DNA from: Phoronis australis
Lineage: Eukaryota > Animalia > Phoronida
DNA length: 64,000 bases
Assembly: GCA_002633005.1 (NCBI GenBank)
Contig: NMRA01000473.1
Span: 253,668-317,667 of the forward strand
Direction of reading: 5' to 3'
The notes under the pieces are model-generated. The model did no database searches and had not been told where the DNA came from. It saw only the letters and a list, made by a program, of their open reading frames with translations. Each line of letters starts with the position of its first letter. The first letter of the stretch is position 1. The position numbers and the translations under genes are program-made. Below, piece by piece: positions 12,819-25,909 of this stretch.

Positions 12819-15800
12819 GGGGCTATTCGGTAAATCTGCAATAACTAGAGGGCGTGAGTGTACCAGTGGTGATAGATTAACAGCCTCGATTTCGCGAGCC
12901 CTTTAAATACATGGTGAAATGGCTTGCAGCCGTGCCAACTGAATCCGAGATTGTGTAAAAAGGGTGCTTCTATGAGAGGAAGTAAGCACGACCTCATACA
13001 AAGGTAAGGTTTGTGATTATTTTAACGATTATTCCATGATTATTCTACCGATGCCTGTTAACTGAGGCACTCGCCGATGTCGACTTCGCGGCAGTCAGTC
13101 GCCAGCCAGAGTCTGGTTAATCTTTGTATGTTGTGATATGTGATACGATACTTGACGTAGCAATCGGGATCTTTTCGTACATCAAAGCATTATTATTGTT
13201 TGGAATGATTTCTAAAAGTTTATCAGTGACAGTTACATCAATCAATGCTGAATGTTTATGCTGTCAACTCGATACAGGTTAATGAGTTAAGATTACAATC
13301 CAATCCCAATGGCAAAGGGTACGTGAGTGATAAATATCCATTGCATTAGACTATTTGTTTACTCCCTATCATATGTCTTCTGGAAATCTATTACACGTTG
13401 AAATGGAAATCTATCACGTCAGTTTTCACGTAACCTTTGGTTTTTAGGTTTGAAGGCTTGTACCGTGCAGAGGAGATATGCATCGCTTCTGCACCGTCCC
13501 TGAATGGACAAAAATTGGTTTTTAGCATTTGACTGCAGCTAACCAACAAGATCTTCCCATCCAGTGCAGATCTGTTGTCAAAGCCTACTTTCAATATTGG
13601 AGACAACGAACAAAGCCTTTGAAAAGGAACAGCTATTTTTAAAGTCATTTTGTTAAATTACTTATTCAGGTCCCGAGGGGGGATTGGCATGGGGGGTTGT
13701 AATATTTGGTACAACTGAATGTGTGGAAATAACAGGTAATACATGTTTGGGGAAAAGAGCATGGTGAGGTAATTCTTAACCTTCACGAAGTCCCTTCAAG
13801 TTGATTTCATGAAACTGTTTTGCTACTTGTATCAATTGTAAAACCACGAAAATATATTACATTTTCCGAATTCACAGTGACTGAATAGTCTTAACTCATG
13901 CCTTGAAATGTTGCAAGTCGTTATAAATTCAAATGACTGCCATTTTTGTGAAAATTGCATTTTTGATGGTGCCTTACGATTTGTAATTACTCTTAAACAA
14001 CAGAAAGATTATCCATCATTTTTAAATGACCCAAGTCTTCATATCTTCTATTAGAAGAAAAACGGTTCCCTCAACCTTAGGCTAGAAGTATGCTTGACAG
14101 ACCCATGAACCTGTAATCTGAGTTTAAAATTGCTGAAAGTATCAAAATTAAAAAGGCTTGAAAATGGGTAACAAAGGTTTGAAGTTGTCTCAAAAAACTT
14201 GTATATTTTACAGACAAGTGATGCGTTTAAAGAATTGTTATGGCTAGGGATAAAAAATAAAGACACAGTTTTATGCAATACTCATTATATACACCCTTGG
14301 TTTCTGAAAATAGTAATTATTTACTTTTATGTGAAACTGTAGACCAATCACCATATATTTTTGAAAAACAGGGATAACATTTTTGATCCAATCTGGAGTA
14401 CTTAATTATTCATATTTCAATATTTGTTCCAGGTTCAGTGACATTTTAAGGCCACTTCAAGCTGTATCATAGACAAGCTTTGTTACTCCGTTCTCTTCCC
14501 ACAGCACTTCCACACACCAGCAGTGCTGCATGGCACAATGTGCAAGTCAGTGGCCCTGGAGAAATGTGAATCGCAGTACTAAGTTACCATAAGACAATGT
14601 GCCAGTGGAGTGTCTGTGTATCCAGACGAACTATATCTGACTGCTACACAAATAAGCCTTGTTGGTGAGGATGCCCTTTCATAGGCAATGAGTCATGTGT
14701 GGACAATAGCTTATTTCCTTTCCTGGAAGAAACATGAGGGACTGAAGCTAAAGAAGACCTAGTCACACTCTGGTCTAGTTCAGAGTCTGATTTTGGGCTC
14801 AAAACGATTCAAGTGATATGCTGCTGTGTTTACCTTCAAGGGTCTAATTGTGGATGTTATTGAGGCTGAATGAGGTTACATGAAAGAAAGCCACGTGTTG
14901 AAACTGGACCTTTTTTACAAGCGCTTCTATAGGCCATTGAAACTAGAACCCAGTGAAATGAAAGCCAAAAGCTGAGTGACATTAAATTTTCCTTTCAGAA
15001 GAAAGGCTTTATACTATTGGTAAAAACTTTTCAATTTGGTACAGATTATGGGGAAATGACATTCAGTGACTGCATCGATTGTCTTATTGTATGTTTTCAA
15101 TTGTAGCTAGCTGGATAAGAATCTGCTATGCACAAGATTCGAGAATAAACAATTATCAGTGTATTTAAAAACAAATGGCAAACTGAAAAAGCACAGAAAG
15201 AAACAACATTGCGAGGGAGTCCATAATCAGGCATATCAGGTGCTGAATTACTGAATTACGTTCAATTCTCTCAGGCTATTGCTGAAGGATTGCTTTTCAC
15301 TTTGTCCAACGGTGAAATAGATGGTCAGGCGGTTGGTTTCAGTTGTTTTTTCTTGCCTGTAACAGAATAGAAATATTAGCAAATTGTAAAAGAAAAGACA
15401 AGACAAAACTACTTTTGTAAGGCAGAACATACTTGACATTTCATCTTCATGTTTATGTGTAGAAACTAATAACCTTTGTACCCAAGTCTTATTTAATATC
15501 TGCATAAAAATATGTGAAACAGGCTAAAAGTGATTTAACAATGTGTATTTTTCATTACACTTAAAATGTGCTTCTGATCTCAACAAGTAAAATTCATTCT
15601 AGGTGTCAATTTTTTCCAATGCAATGTTACGGCATATACTGAATTAAGGCTTATTCATGTTAATTCGATGACTGAACTGGTGGTCCTGGGGGTGGGGTCC
15701 ACGATAAAATAAGGAAACTCAATCATCTAGAGAATTTTATTGGAAATAGCATAGTTTTGAAGAGAAACTGCTGTGAAAAAGTCACTCTTGACTTCTGTGC

Positions 15801-16338
15801 ATCACGTACCATACACCTCTTATTTTGGGAACACTCCCACCCGGCACAATATGAATATGTGCTGCTAGCCTACCCGGCATCGGGTGAGTTTCCTAAAAGA
15901 AACACTTAGTTCCACTCAATAAAACTGTTATTCGGTGGGGTAACTGGTGGGGATAACATCACCGAACGATGTTGATAGAAACTGATTGCTAAAAACTTAC
16001 CAAGTAATGTTGCGTAGTCTCCGAATGGAACTACATAGTCATAGACATAGATAGAGCACGCACGGGGCTTCAGCATCCACACACTTTTTGTCAGTTACTT
16101 GACCCTGTTGACCGCAGTTGTCCACGAATATAGTAACCTTAGGTCTTTTGGGAATTTGTGGCCACCTGTCGAAGACTTGAACCAGGGAAATTAGCAGTAA
16201 TAAGGCTTAGCGCGACGACGTATTTTGATAAAAACTCCATATTTTACCAGTTGTTTACATGCAGACAGCCACGCATGCGCAATTCAATCACCACTAGTAC
16301 AGCAGCGACACCGCGAGGAGAATTCTCCGAATAGCCCC
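12819..16338. mobile_element. ISL2EU-like DNA transposon, decayed
   Basis: AT|GGGGCTATTCGG ... CCGAATAGCCCC|AT (TIR plus 2-bp AT TSD); + strand SAP and YqaJ remnants; - strand THAP remnant. Confidence 0.75.
14425..14945 (+). pseudogene. Decayed YqaJ/lambda-exonuclease-like domain
   Basis: SRFSDIL..AVLHGT...ALEK.E....VTIRQC.SGVSVYPDELYLTAT...LVGED...FLEE..GLKLKKT...VQ.....VFTFKG...KLDLFYKRFYRPL, with stops and frameshifts. Confidence 0.7.
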
Positions 16339-16429
16339 ATTAAAAGACACACGGTATTTCGAAACATACTTGTTTCATTCTCAAGTGAAGATAAAATGAC
16401 GCAGTAATGCCACCACAGAGTATAAGCTG

Positions 16430-16499
<70 letters not shown>
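16430..16499. repeat. (TG)n microsatellite
   Basis: Visible directly. Confidence 0.98.
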
Positions 16500-16502
<3 letters not shown>

Positions 16503-16862
16503 CTTAGCAATATTTGTTTGTTTGTTTTTTGTACTCTACAAATAGCAATAACAGTGTCATCTCTATTTCTAAGAGTAAAAACAACTTTGATGGTAAATTG
16601 ACTAGGGTCGACAGGGGGATGAGAACTGATGGTTTCAATGGGTGCGTCGGGTGTGACTAGCGGAAGTGACACAAATCTGTCCTGATTCATGAAACCCGAA
16701 GACATGCCGTTGTGAATCAGTAAATCGGTAATTATATCACCCTGAACTATAACGTTCCTCCCTTCAGTCGAAATCATTCACAATACCAAAGTTGTCATTG
16801 ACTGGAAGTGAACATAAGAAAATGTGGACATGCACAGTCACTGTCAAATTGAATCATTTCAG

Positions 16863-16988
16863 GCGTTCGAGCGCGACGGGAAGCCCGATACGGCGCTTGT
16901 AGCCGTTACTCTGGCTGAGCTGCTTGGCGATGACAAGAATGCCCGCGTACTAGACGTAGCTGCTGGTACTGGACTTGTCGGTCACGAG
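16863..16988 (+). CDS. METTL27: METTL27-like exon 2 (SAM-binding motif I)
   Basis: TTTCAG acceptor; AFERDGKPDTALVAVTLAELLGDDKNARVLDVAAGTGLVGHE; GT at 16989; phase 0/0. Confidence 0.9.
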
Positions 16989-17913
16989 GTGCTGGTCCTA
17001 GAATCATCAAGTTCTATGAATCAATTTTAGTCAACTTCACGCTATACGTTCTGTTCCAAGTCGTTTTTCAAAAATGCCATAGTCAGTATTTCTGCTGTTG
17101 CTATTCAATAGCGACCGAGGTAGGGTTGAATTGAGTGGCAACTTGGGACTGCGGACACTTTACTATGGACGGGGAATGCGCTAGTGGTTCCGCCAGGTGA
17201 TGTGGCCAATGATCTTCATCCTTGTGCCAATGCACATGAACTTTCACACAGCCAGGAGCTAGTCATCCTTTCTATAATCCACTTAAAAATGTGCCGCTAA
17301 GGCTGGTCATGGTACATTAGTTCAAATACATTCAGTGACACTTGATAACCTGTAATATAAGATTTTCTTGGTTATGATGTCTTGCAGTGGATGCATGAGG
17401 TAAGCGTACTTGCTACTGAGGGAGCACCCCGGTTACCAGTACAGTAGACCTGACGCTCTGTAAGACAGGATATGAAAAGATATCAGAGGCCAGAAAAGTC
17501 ACGGCATTCAGCCAATGCCTCGACATGAGTCGTTGCGTGTTAAGAATAGCCAATGTAGTTGACGGATTTGATGACTATTGATTGGTCTGGAATCGTACCT
17601 GAAGGACCTTGCTTGATGTAGGTTGTAATGAAGAACATTATATCCTATTGAAGGAACATTGAATGCTAATAAGCTAATATGAATTATATTATTTTACATT
17701 CGAAAATTCATCTAAATAAGGTTTTCAACTAAAATGAAGTAGCAAAAGGTGTCTGTAATGATCTAATTTTCATTGCATTTCTTTGGAATTCAAAATTGAC
17801 CGACCGAGTCGAATGTTGACTAAAAATCTTTCAAATACCTTCGTTCATAATATATCTGGTTCCGAAATGTCTTGAAGAAAATGATATCCTGCCTGTTTGT
17901 AATTTATTGACTA

Positions 17914-18382
17914 CCGGGGTTTTCCGTAGATAAGCCCACCCGATAAAACGCCCATGGGCGTTTATTTGGTGTTGGAACTTCTCGTGTCAAGTGTCTAGAT
18001 AGTGGTGCTTTAATTCGGAAAAATTCCTCACGTCCACTTAGAGTCAACAAATTCACAATACGATGTGGCCGAGTTTTCAAGTCGGCCGAAGTTCACAGAT
18101 TTTCTGTTGAACGACTTTGGGTGCTATCATCTTTGTAACAAGGAGATCTAGAAGTGATGCACACGTATTTTTTTGTCCCGCTGGGCAGATATTGCGATTG
18201 ATAAGTTGCTATAGAAGTTTCACTTACAAAAAACATATAACGCTTCATGCTGGTATTTACGTCGCGAAAATTATGACATTCCGTTTACACGCCCGGGCGT
18301 TTATTGATGTTCGGGCCTAAAGTGTCTTGAAATTTTCATTTTCCGTATACACGCCCAGGGGTTTATCTACGGAAAACCCCGG
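17914..18382. mobile_element. TA-target MITE (Tc1/pogo-like)
   Basis: TA|CCGGGGTTTTCCGTAGATAA ... TTATCTACGGAAAACCCCGG|TA; a relative lies at 62910-63288. Confidence 0.88.
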
Positions 18383-18688
18383 TATTATGTTCCATGGTCA
18401 TTTATTGGAACTTGACAGTCATTGTTGAAAGACGAGCTCCGAAGTTTGGTCTTGTTTTGATTACGAACAAGAATAAGCTTTTGGATTTTCAACCGTTATC
18501 CATATTGATTGCACACTAACGTTTCATAAAATCACAAAAAATAGCTGACAATGGCGTTGTTATTCACACCGACAGTAAGGTAAATGAGTCATCTTCACTA
18601 ACTTGAAAAACAAGTTTTAATATTGAATGGAAAGTATTTTTTTTTAATTCTGGTCACGAAACTATGTATTTGACAATGTTTTGTTCAG

Positions 18689-18827
18689 CTCCGGAAAAGA
18701 GGAATATCCAATGTAGACGGTGTAGATGCAAGTCGGGATATGCTAAGAATTGCAAAGGAGAACGGCCTGTATAACAACACGTTTGTGCGCTGGATAACAC
18801 CCGAACCGACAGAAGGATTTGAGCAAG
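18689..18827 (+). CDS. METTL27: METTL27-like exon 3
   Basis: TTGTTCAG acceptor; LRKRGISNVDGVDASRDMLRIAKENGLY...GFEQ (GxDxSxxML motif); GTAATT donor; phase 0/1. Confidence 0.9.
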
Positions 18828-18849
18828 GTAATTAAAACTGACCTGTTTC

Positions 18850-19112
18850 TGTTGTGAATCTTACTTTGTCAAATAAAGTAGTCACTCCATGAACTACGCA
18901 GTGAAACGAACAGAACTGAACTGAACACTGAACTGATTTATTCTACATATCACAACTATATATATACACAACTACATAACAACATAAGATGCATTGCCTA
19001 TGACACACTTCCTATATCAGGAATGACATGACATAATACCAGTTAAACTAATGAACTCATAAACAATAACAGCCTACAAACATCCTGTTATTGTGCGACT
19101 AAGAACGCAACA
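18850..19112 (-). mobile_element. Solo LTR of the Gypsy family at 45663
   Basis: TG...CA ends, perfect 5-bp TSD GTTTC; reverse complement aligns end to end with 45663-45927. Confidence 0.93.
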
Positions 19113-19452
19113 GTTTCCTCGGCGACTATTTGTTTCAAAATCAGCCTAAGTGTAAAAACGCGGATTCTTTGTGACCTCAGAGTAAACTGAAACTTAAGTG
19201 AACATCTGTGCGCAACGCGATATTTGTACATGACCAGTAAGTACAGTGGTGGTCAAGTTGTCTCCAGCTAATACGGAATTTGCTAAAAACACACCAACGC
19301 TAAGATACGGTTGTCTCAGTTCGCGAAGAGCTCCGCTGAGTGACTATTACATCTCCAAATTTATAGCTTTCGTTGAACCTGAAATCATTTGACGATAAAA
19401 CTGTCACCTGTGTGAGATTTTTTTCTGAACTTGCGCTTAACGTTCTGCACAG

Positions 19453-19545
19453 GTTCCTATGATGCAGTCATCGCAACAGGGTGTTTTGCCAGGAAGCATT
19501 TACCAGCTGCATGCTTAGGGGAACTTCTTAGGATTGTAAAAAGTG
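19453..19545 (+). CDS. METTL27: METTL27-like exon 4
   Basis: CACAG acceptor; (G)SYDAVIATGCFARKHLPAACLGELLRIVKS; GTAAGT donor; phase 1/1. Confidence 0.9.
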
Positions 19546-19554
19546 GTAAGTAGT

Positions 19555-22500
19555 CAGGGTTCGACATAACGAGCTGCAGGTCGCATTTGCTCGAATCAAG
19601 TCGCAAAATGCGACCTGGAATATCCGACGTATGCCAGCTGAGTTTTTACACTTCTCGACAGATACCTGGCAAATATAAAGCAACTCTTGTGAATCCAACC
19701 GTATTGTTTATTGCCAAATCAAGTTCAAAAGAACACTAACCAAGAACAGTCCTCCCGATAACTTGTAGCATGTCGGGTGAACATGGGATAATGCAGAATC
19801 AATCTTTGACGCATTTCATTGTGTACTTTTGTAAATTTCCGGATTCGCCGAAGAAAGTTTCGGGACACGGCATAACAAGTGATAAAACATCACAAAACAG
19901 CGATGTTTCTACTAATTCTTAAGCGATCAACTTACTAAAGTTTGGGGTGGAAAAACATGTTTTTGCGTAAAATGTCCTTATATTACATGTACCGGTACCA
20001 AATATTCACGACTATATCCCTGATATCGCACTGCGGCACCAGTCGGTCCCGTTGTTAGCGCAAGCCGTCCCGGCAGACAATCGTGACTTAGAATTGGACG
20101 TCTCGTTTTTTATCGTGTAAGACAGGAAAGGTGAAAATGACAACCCCATTAATCGCCAAACGACGGCCACGTCTTTACTTTCAACAAAGTAGTTTTTGTG
20201 TTGCCAAGAAATTCTATATTGTGGATGGTTGTAGTTGGTATCAGATAAACATAGATTAGCTAGCATCAGTGTACATGTGGTTTATTCCAATATGGCTCAG
20301 ACCGGAAGAAGGGAGGAGAGAGTGAGCTCTCTAGTACAGGAAACATGATTTGAACATAAAGTATACCATTATAGTCCATAGATACTGGTAGAGTCCACAG
20401 AGGATATTGCAATATTATGACACCCTTTACTAATTGTTTCTGGGACTATACGTGCGCGAAATATGATTTTCTTTCACACGTTGTTGCCAACTTAAAGCTA
20501 CTCCAGTGATTCAAGTGCATGAACTTACGCGTGCGCACCACTCCAAAGCTGCACATCAAAAGAGAACAGAGACAGTCAGTGAAAGAGTATACCGGCTTGG
20601 CTCAGTTTAGCATCCAGGTGCCAGTGGTTTATTTGAAAATGAACTTAATAGATTCCCGGCACTTATAAAAGACCCAATGCTTTACGATATTCCCCGGATC
20701 GATATAAACCAGAACTGGTATTTTCCTGTTCCGATGTTTCCCGGCCGTGTTCCCTAAACCCGATATTCTATGCCCTTAGACAGCTATTGCAACGTGTACT
20801 AAACGAGTAGATGCGAAATTGTGGTAAGCGAACTTTTCATTCTTCTCTTCATACACCCCCTCGGAAATTTTTCGATCCCCGGACCACCGTCGGCGTAAAA
20901 TATTCAGACTCCAATAGAAACAATCTTAATTGTTCCGGTTGAAGCGGGAGTAGTATAGTAAGTCATTTAGGACGCCTGTTTGGGAGGCTTCTCGGTCAAA
21001 GGTCATCAGTGCGAAAAGAAAGGGTCAAAGGCAATAGGAAGGGACATCATCCGCCTACTAGACGGATGTGTCAATGACGCCACACCTCATGACGTAATAG
21101 GTTTAATTAGCCCCGTCAGAGAGGCCCTCGATGGGTTCGTGGCACGTTTTTGCGGCTCCCCAAGAGGGATTACGCTGCTGAATAAGAACAAAGGGTACCT
21201 GATTTCGTGTGCGCCAGGTGTCGTCGTTGTATATTGTTCTCATTGATCAAAAAAATGTGTATCATCCGCTACAAAAGGGGATAACCACCCAACTCAACAA
21301 CAGGTGTCTAACCCACGTACCGACGGTACTAAACGAATCATATGATCAATAAGATGTGACCACCTCAAATAGAAAATAAAACTGATGTTGTTTAAACGTG
21401 TATTAATGACAAAGTAAATTCGAATACACAACAAAAATTATCAAGACGTTCAGAATCCATAAAAGAAGTCAATTATTAGTATCAAATTATTAAATGTCCG
21501 ATATAAATGTTCAAAGATCCAGTGGTGACGCCGTCGTCGAACACTTGTCTTTTGGGATAAAAGTAGGTGAACGCGCACCTCTCTTGTAGGTAGGTATACA
21601 TAGTGTTGGAAATAGTGTGACCAACTAAGAGAGAAAAGAAACTTCATGTTTAACCGTGCATACAGAAGTGGAGAAAAGGTGATGAATGCGAAGGATTACG
21701 TGAAGTTTTTGTAACAAATGTACACAAAGCACCGTCTGGCCTTTGATAAATTTTACATGATCGTCACATAAAGTTTGGGCTGACACAAACCCTACTCCAA
21801 ACACTGGGCATACACGCGTCGCAAATAAATTATCGCCTATATATTATAAGGTGCAAAGTAACGTGTACATAAGACCTCGAACGCCGGCGATATAAGTAAA
21901 CGGAATAGAGAAGATCGATTATACAGACTATTTCAAGATTGGAGTTTGCGAGTTAGCGGTGAGTTATCATTTGCTTAACCCTTCTCTTAGCCAGACTTTT
22001 AAATTTCGTATCGCGGACGTGATATCCAGCCTGTCGTTGTTTTTTACCAACCGTCAAAACAGAATATTCAAAACCTTTTTAAATACCCGTTTTCGTTTTT
22101 TTTTTTATTTATCTTATTTATTTTGTAGATGAGCCATCCTCTGAAATTGTCTAAAGGTTTTGTATCAACACTATATCTGTGGTGGGTTGATTTATTATAA
22201 ACAACTCCGATATTTCATATATTAAGTCTAAACGCCCATTCTAACTTATAGTGTTGCGCTACAGAGATTATAAAGTTATATCAATTAAAATTTGAATATT
22301 GGTAGCGGACGTGTGTTAATGTGTGCTTACGAAAAAAAAGAAAATAAACAAATATTGGAATAATCGGAGTTGTTTATAATAAATTAACCCACCACAGATA
22401 TACTGTTGATACAAAACCTTTAGACAACGTCAGAGGATGGTTCATATACAAAATAAATAAGATAAATAAAAAACAAAAACGGGTATTTAAAAAAGGTTTT

Positions 22501-24933
22501 GAATATTCTGTATAGACGGTTGGTCAAAAACAACGAAAGGCTGGGTATCACGTACGCGATACGAAATTTAAAAGTCTGGCTAAGAGAAGGGTTAAGCAAA
22601 TGATAACTCATCGCTAACTCGCAAACTCCGATCTCGAAATAGTCTGTATAATCGGTCTTCTCTATTCCGTTGACTTATATCGCCGGCGTTCGAGGTCTTA
22701 ATGTACACGTTACGTAGCACCTAATAATATATATAGACGATAATTTATTTGCCACGCGTGTATGTCCAGTGTTTTGAGTAGGGTTTGTGCCAGCCCAGAC
22801 TATAGGTGACGATTATGTAAGATTTAGCAAAGCCCAGACGGTGCTTTGTGTACATTTGAGTACGAAAACTTCACGTAATCCTTCGCATTCATCACCTTTT
22901 GTCCACTTCTGTATGCACGGTTAAACATGAAGTTTCTTTTCTCTCTTAGTTGGTCACACTATTTCCAACACTATGTATACCTACCTACAAGAGAGGTGCG
23001 CGTTCACCTACTTTTATCCCAAAAGACAAGTGTTCGACGACGGCGTCACCACTGGATCTTCATTGAACATTTAATTCGGACATTTAATAATTTGATACTA
23101 ATAATTGACTTCTTTTATGGATTCTGAACGTCTTGATGATTTTTGTCGTGTATTCGAATTTACTATGTCATTAATACACGTTTAAACAATATCTGTTTTA
23201 TGTTCTATTTGAGGTGGTCAAATCGTATTGTTCATATGATTCGTTTAGTTCCGTCGGTACGTGGATTAGACTTAACGCGACATCTGTTGTTGAGTTGGGT
23301 GGTTATCCCCTTTTGTAGCGGATGATACACATTTGTTTCTGATCAATGAGAACAATATACAACGACGACACTTGGCGCACACGAAATCAGGTACCTTTTG
23401 TTCTTATTCAGCAGCGTAATCCCTCTTTGGTTTCGGCTCTCGCTCCGTTGCAAGGAGCCGCAAAAACGTGCCACGAACCCATCGAGGGCCTCTCTAACGG
23501 GGTTAATTAAACCTATTACGTCATGAGGTGTGACGTCATTAACACATCTGTCTAGTAGGCGGATGATGTCCCATCCGATTGCAGTTATAGCATATGACCT
23601 TTGACCTTTTCCTTTCGCATTGGTGACCTTTGACCGAGGAGCCTCCCAAACAGGCGTCCTAAATGACTTACTATACTACTATCGGACAATTAAAAACTAA
23701 ATTATTCCGGGTGGTTAAAAAGGTACAGTGTAGGTGGTAATGGTAAGTCACCCCTACTAGATGGAGTTTGCCTCGCAAAATCATACTGTAATAACGTTTC
23801 TTACCATTGAAGTCTTTGAAATCTTATTACCTCAAACACCCAGGTTAACGACTATGCTCACGCATGCGCATGCTCCCTACCTTTGAGATATTTCATAATA
23901 AGCGCTCCCTGCTCTAAGTGTAATTCCTCCTCAACTTTCGAGAATTTCCATTTAAGCGCCCACAGTTCAGGCTATCGCGCATCATAGCGCACTACAAACG
24001 ACCGCGTGTGCTTTGAAATTGACACGCAGTCTATATAGTGAGTCACTCTCAATTTACACATTAACAAATTCAATTTTCAAAAAACGTTTTTTCTCAGCAT
24101 GTAAAAACCGAACCCCGGCTTTGTTTTATACCTCCGAAAGAAAGTTAACACTAGTGACATGCGTGTCGTTTAGTGATTGGTCTATTTTCCCTTACATGGA
24201 AGGTATTGAGGATCATACTCGAATTACCTGACGGAAACCAGCGCGCAGTCGGGAAATATTTCGAGGCTATTCATTTTATGGAAAACTAATTGTTGAGTGC
24301 GTAAGCAGCATAAGTCCCACATTTTTGCTGTGAAATTTGCACTGAATTGTTCTCGCGCTTCCAAATTCGTCATTCGCTTCGGGCATCATTTCACGGATTT
24401 TTTTCTACAGGTGTTTCTCAAACGTCGAGTCAGGTTGCGAAACTTGGGCTGCGAACAAAAAATAGAGGGAGTGTGCACTCCGAGTTAGATTGGATCTTTA
24501 ATGACTTTGATGACAGCTATGTAGCAGATCATACCTAGAAAAAACGCGGATAATTTTTCAACAGGCATTTTCTCCCTTTTCACATAGCAAACTTAGCTAC
24601 TGGAATGCTCGTGTCAGTTGGAGAGCACTGATTCAACTTTCAGGTAGGCAACTAGCCTTGCGCTCTAGGGCCTTTCGATGGCGGTCGTGAAGAATAGTAA
24701 CGCCGTCTCTGCATGAACGAACTCAATTTTGCGACCTGAAATTTGTGAGTGTTTAATGCTACAGGTAAGAGCATAATCTAAACATTTTCTTTATGATCTA
24801 AAAATCCATTTTGGCGCGTAAAATGACGGGAAAATTTTGCGACCTGGCATTTATGAATGGATTTTAAAACTGCGACCTGGGATTTTTGCTATTGCAAAAT
24901 GCGATCCGGAGATTTTAATAGCGTCGAGCCCTG
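19555..24933. mobile_element. Non-autonomous hAT-like element
   Basis: CAGGGTTCGAC... / ...GTCGAGCCCTG termini; 8-bp TSD TAAGTAGT/TCAGTAGC (6/8); subterminal TGCGACC repeats at both ends. Confidence 0.72.
20949..23680. mobile_element. TIR-only foldback element with Polinton/Maverick-like termini
   Basis: Inverted arms ~20949-22220 and ~22351-23680 with a ~130-bp spacer; AGTAGTATAGT... / ...ACTATACTACT ends; flanks AGCGGG/ATCGGA (4/6). The foldback is certain; the family is inferred. Confidence 0.75.
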
Positions 24934-25733
24934 TCAGTAGCCATGCAGTTTATCTGGTATTTCTTGACACGGTGATTGCTTATAGCGCGTTTTGTTGCAG
25001 TTTCTAACAGCAGACGATTTGACTGATCGATGTTCAAGCCGAGAAAACGTATGGTTAACCTCATGACGCCCAAAATAAGACAAATAAACCAAAATCGAGA
25101 GTTTTGTGTAGTCATCATGTGATTATTTCAAAGAATACAAGTGGGGTTTACACTGAAACTGTCGATAAAATGTTCAATATGTCGTAATTTTTATGTAGTT
25201 TGCATTTGTCTTGAGTTTTTATTCTTTTTCAAAGACACCAAACTTCGTCCTGCCGAACATATGATACTCAGAATTCCATAGCAAGGAATGAAACGGGTGC
25301 ACTGCACTGGTCCATATTGACTCACACCCAAACGTAACAACAGCTGGATTGTGGCCACGCGTACCTGCAAGTGTGGCCCATTAGTCACTTAAGTTGCTAA
25401 AAATAACTGCTCATATTCTCCAGTGCCTCAATTTGTACCTCTTCAACGACGAAAGTTGTCAGCGGAATATTCCTTTAACAGTGGTGAAAGTATGTTTCAC
25501 CGAAAAGAGCCTGTGTTGTTCATTACAAGCATTACCTTTGGTTTAAAACTCATATAAACATTTGTTTCGTTTCAACAAACTTCACAAAAAATACGTCAAA
25601 ATTCGTTAGTGAGTGATCAAGAAAGTGTTCCAATTTGACAGATTCTATCTTCACTAACCTGCACTGTCGTGCATTTGTGGACTTGTAGTCCCATAGCTTT
25701 GTGGTTCGCCGAGTTGTCGCCATGTTATTGTAG

Positions 25734-25909
25734 GTGGGTATGTTGTCGTTGGAGTCCACTCAGAAGGCGTGACCAGCACGATTGACGAGTTCGTGTGCGA
25801 AGTAGAGAAGATGGTGACACAAAAAAGATGTGTTCTTGTCCAGAAAGTTCATCATAAAGTGTTCAACTTTGAATTAAAGCCTGGCTATGTGTTTGTTTTA
25901 CGTGTCTAG
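25734..25909 (+). CDS. METTL27: METTL27-like exon 5 (terminal)
   Basis: TTGTAG acceptor, phase 1; (G)GYVVVGVHSE...KPGYVFVLRV*; AATAAA at 25980. The five exons join in frame to 210 aa. Confidence 0.85.

Noticed and set aside
17100-17560. Structured-looking GC-richer segment (possible ribozyme or retroelement 5' UTR)
   Set aside because: I could not build a convincing HDV or hammerhead fold by eye, and there is no second copy in the window.
21450-23127. Twin 65/66-aa ORFs on opposite strands (MKFLFSLSWSH...)
   Set aside because: They are a by-product of the inverted arms of the foldback and show no recognisable domain.
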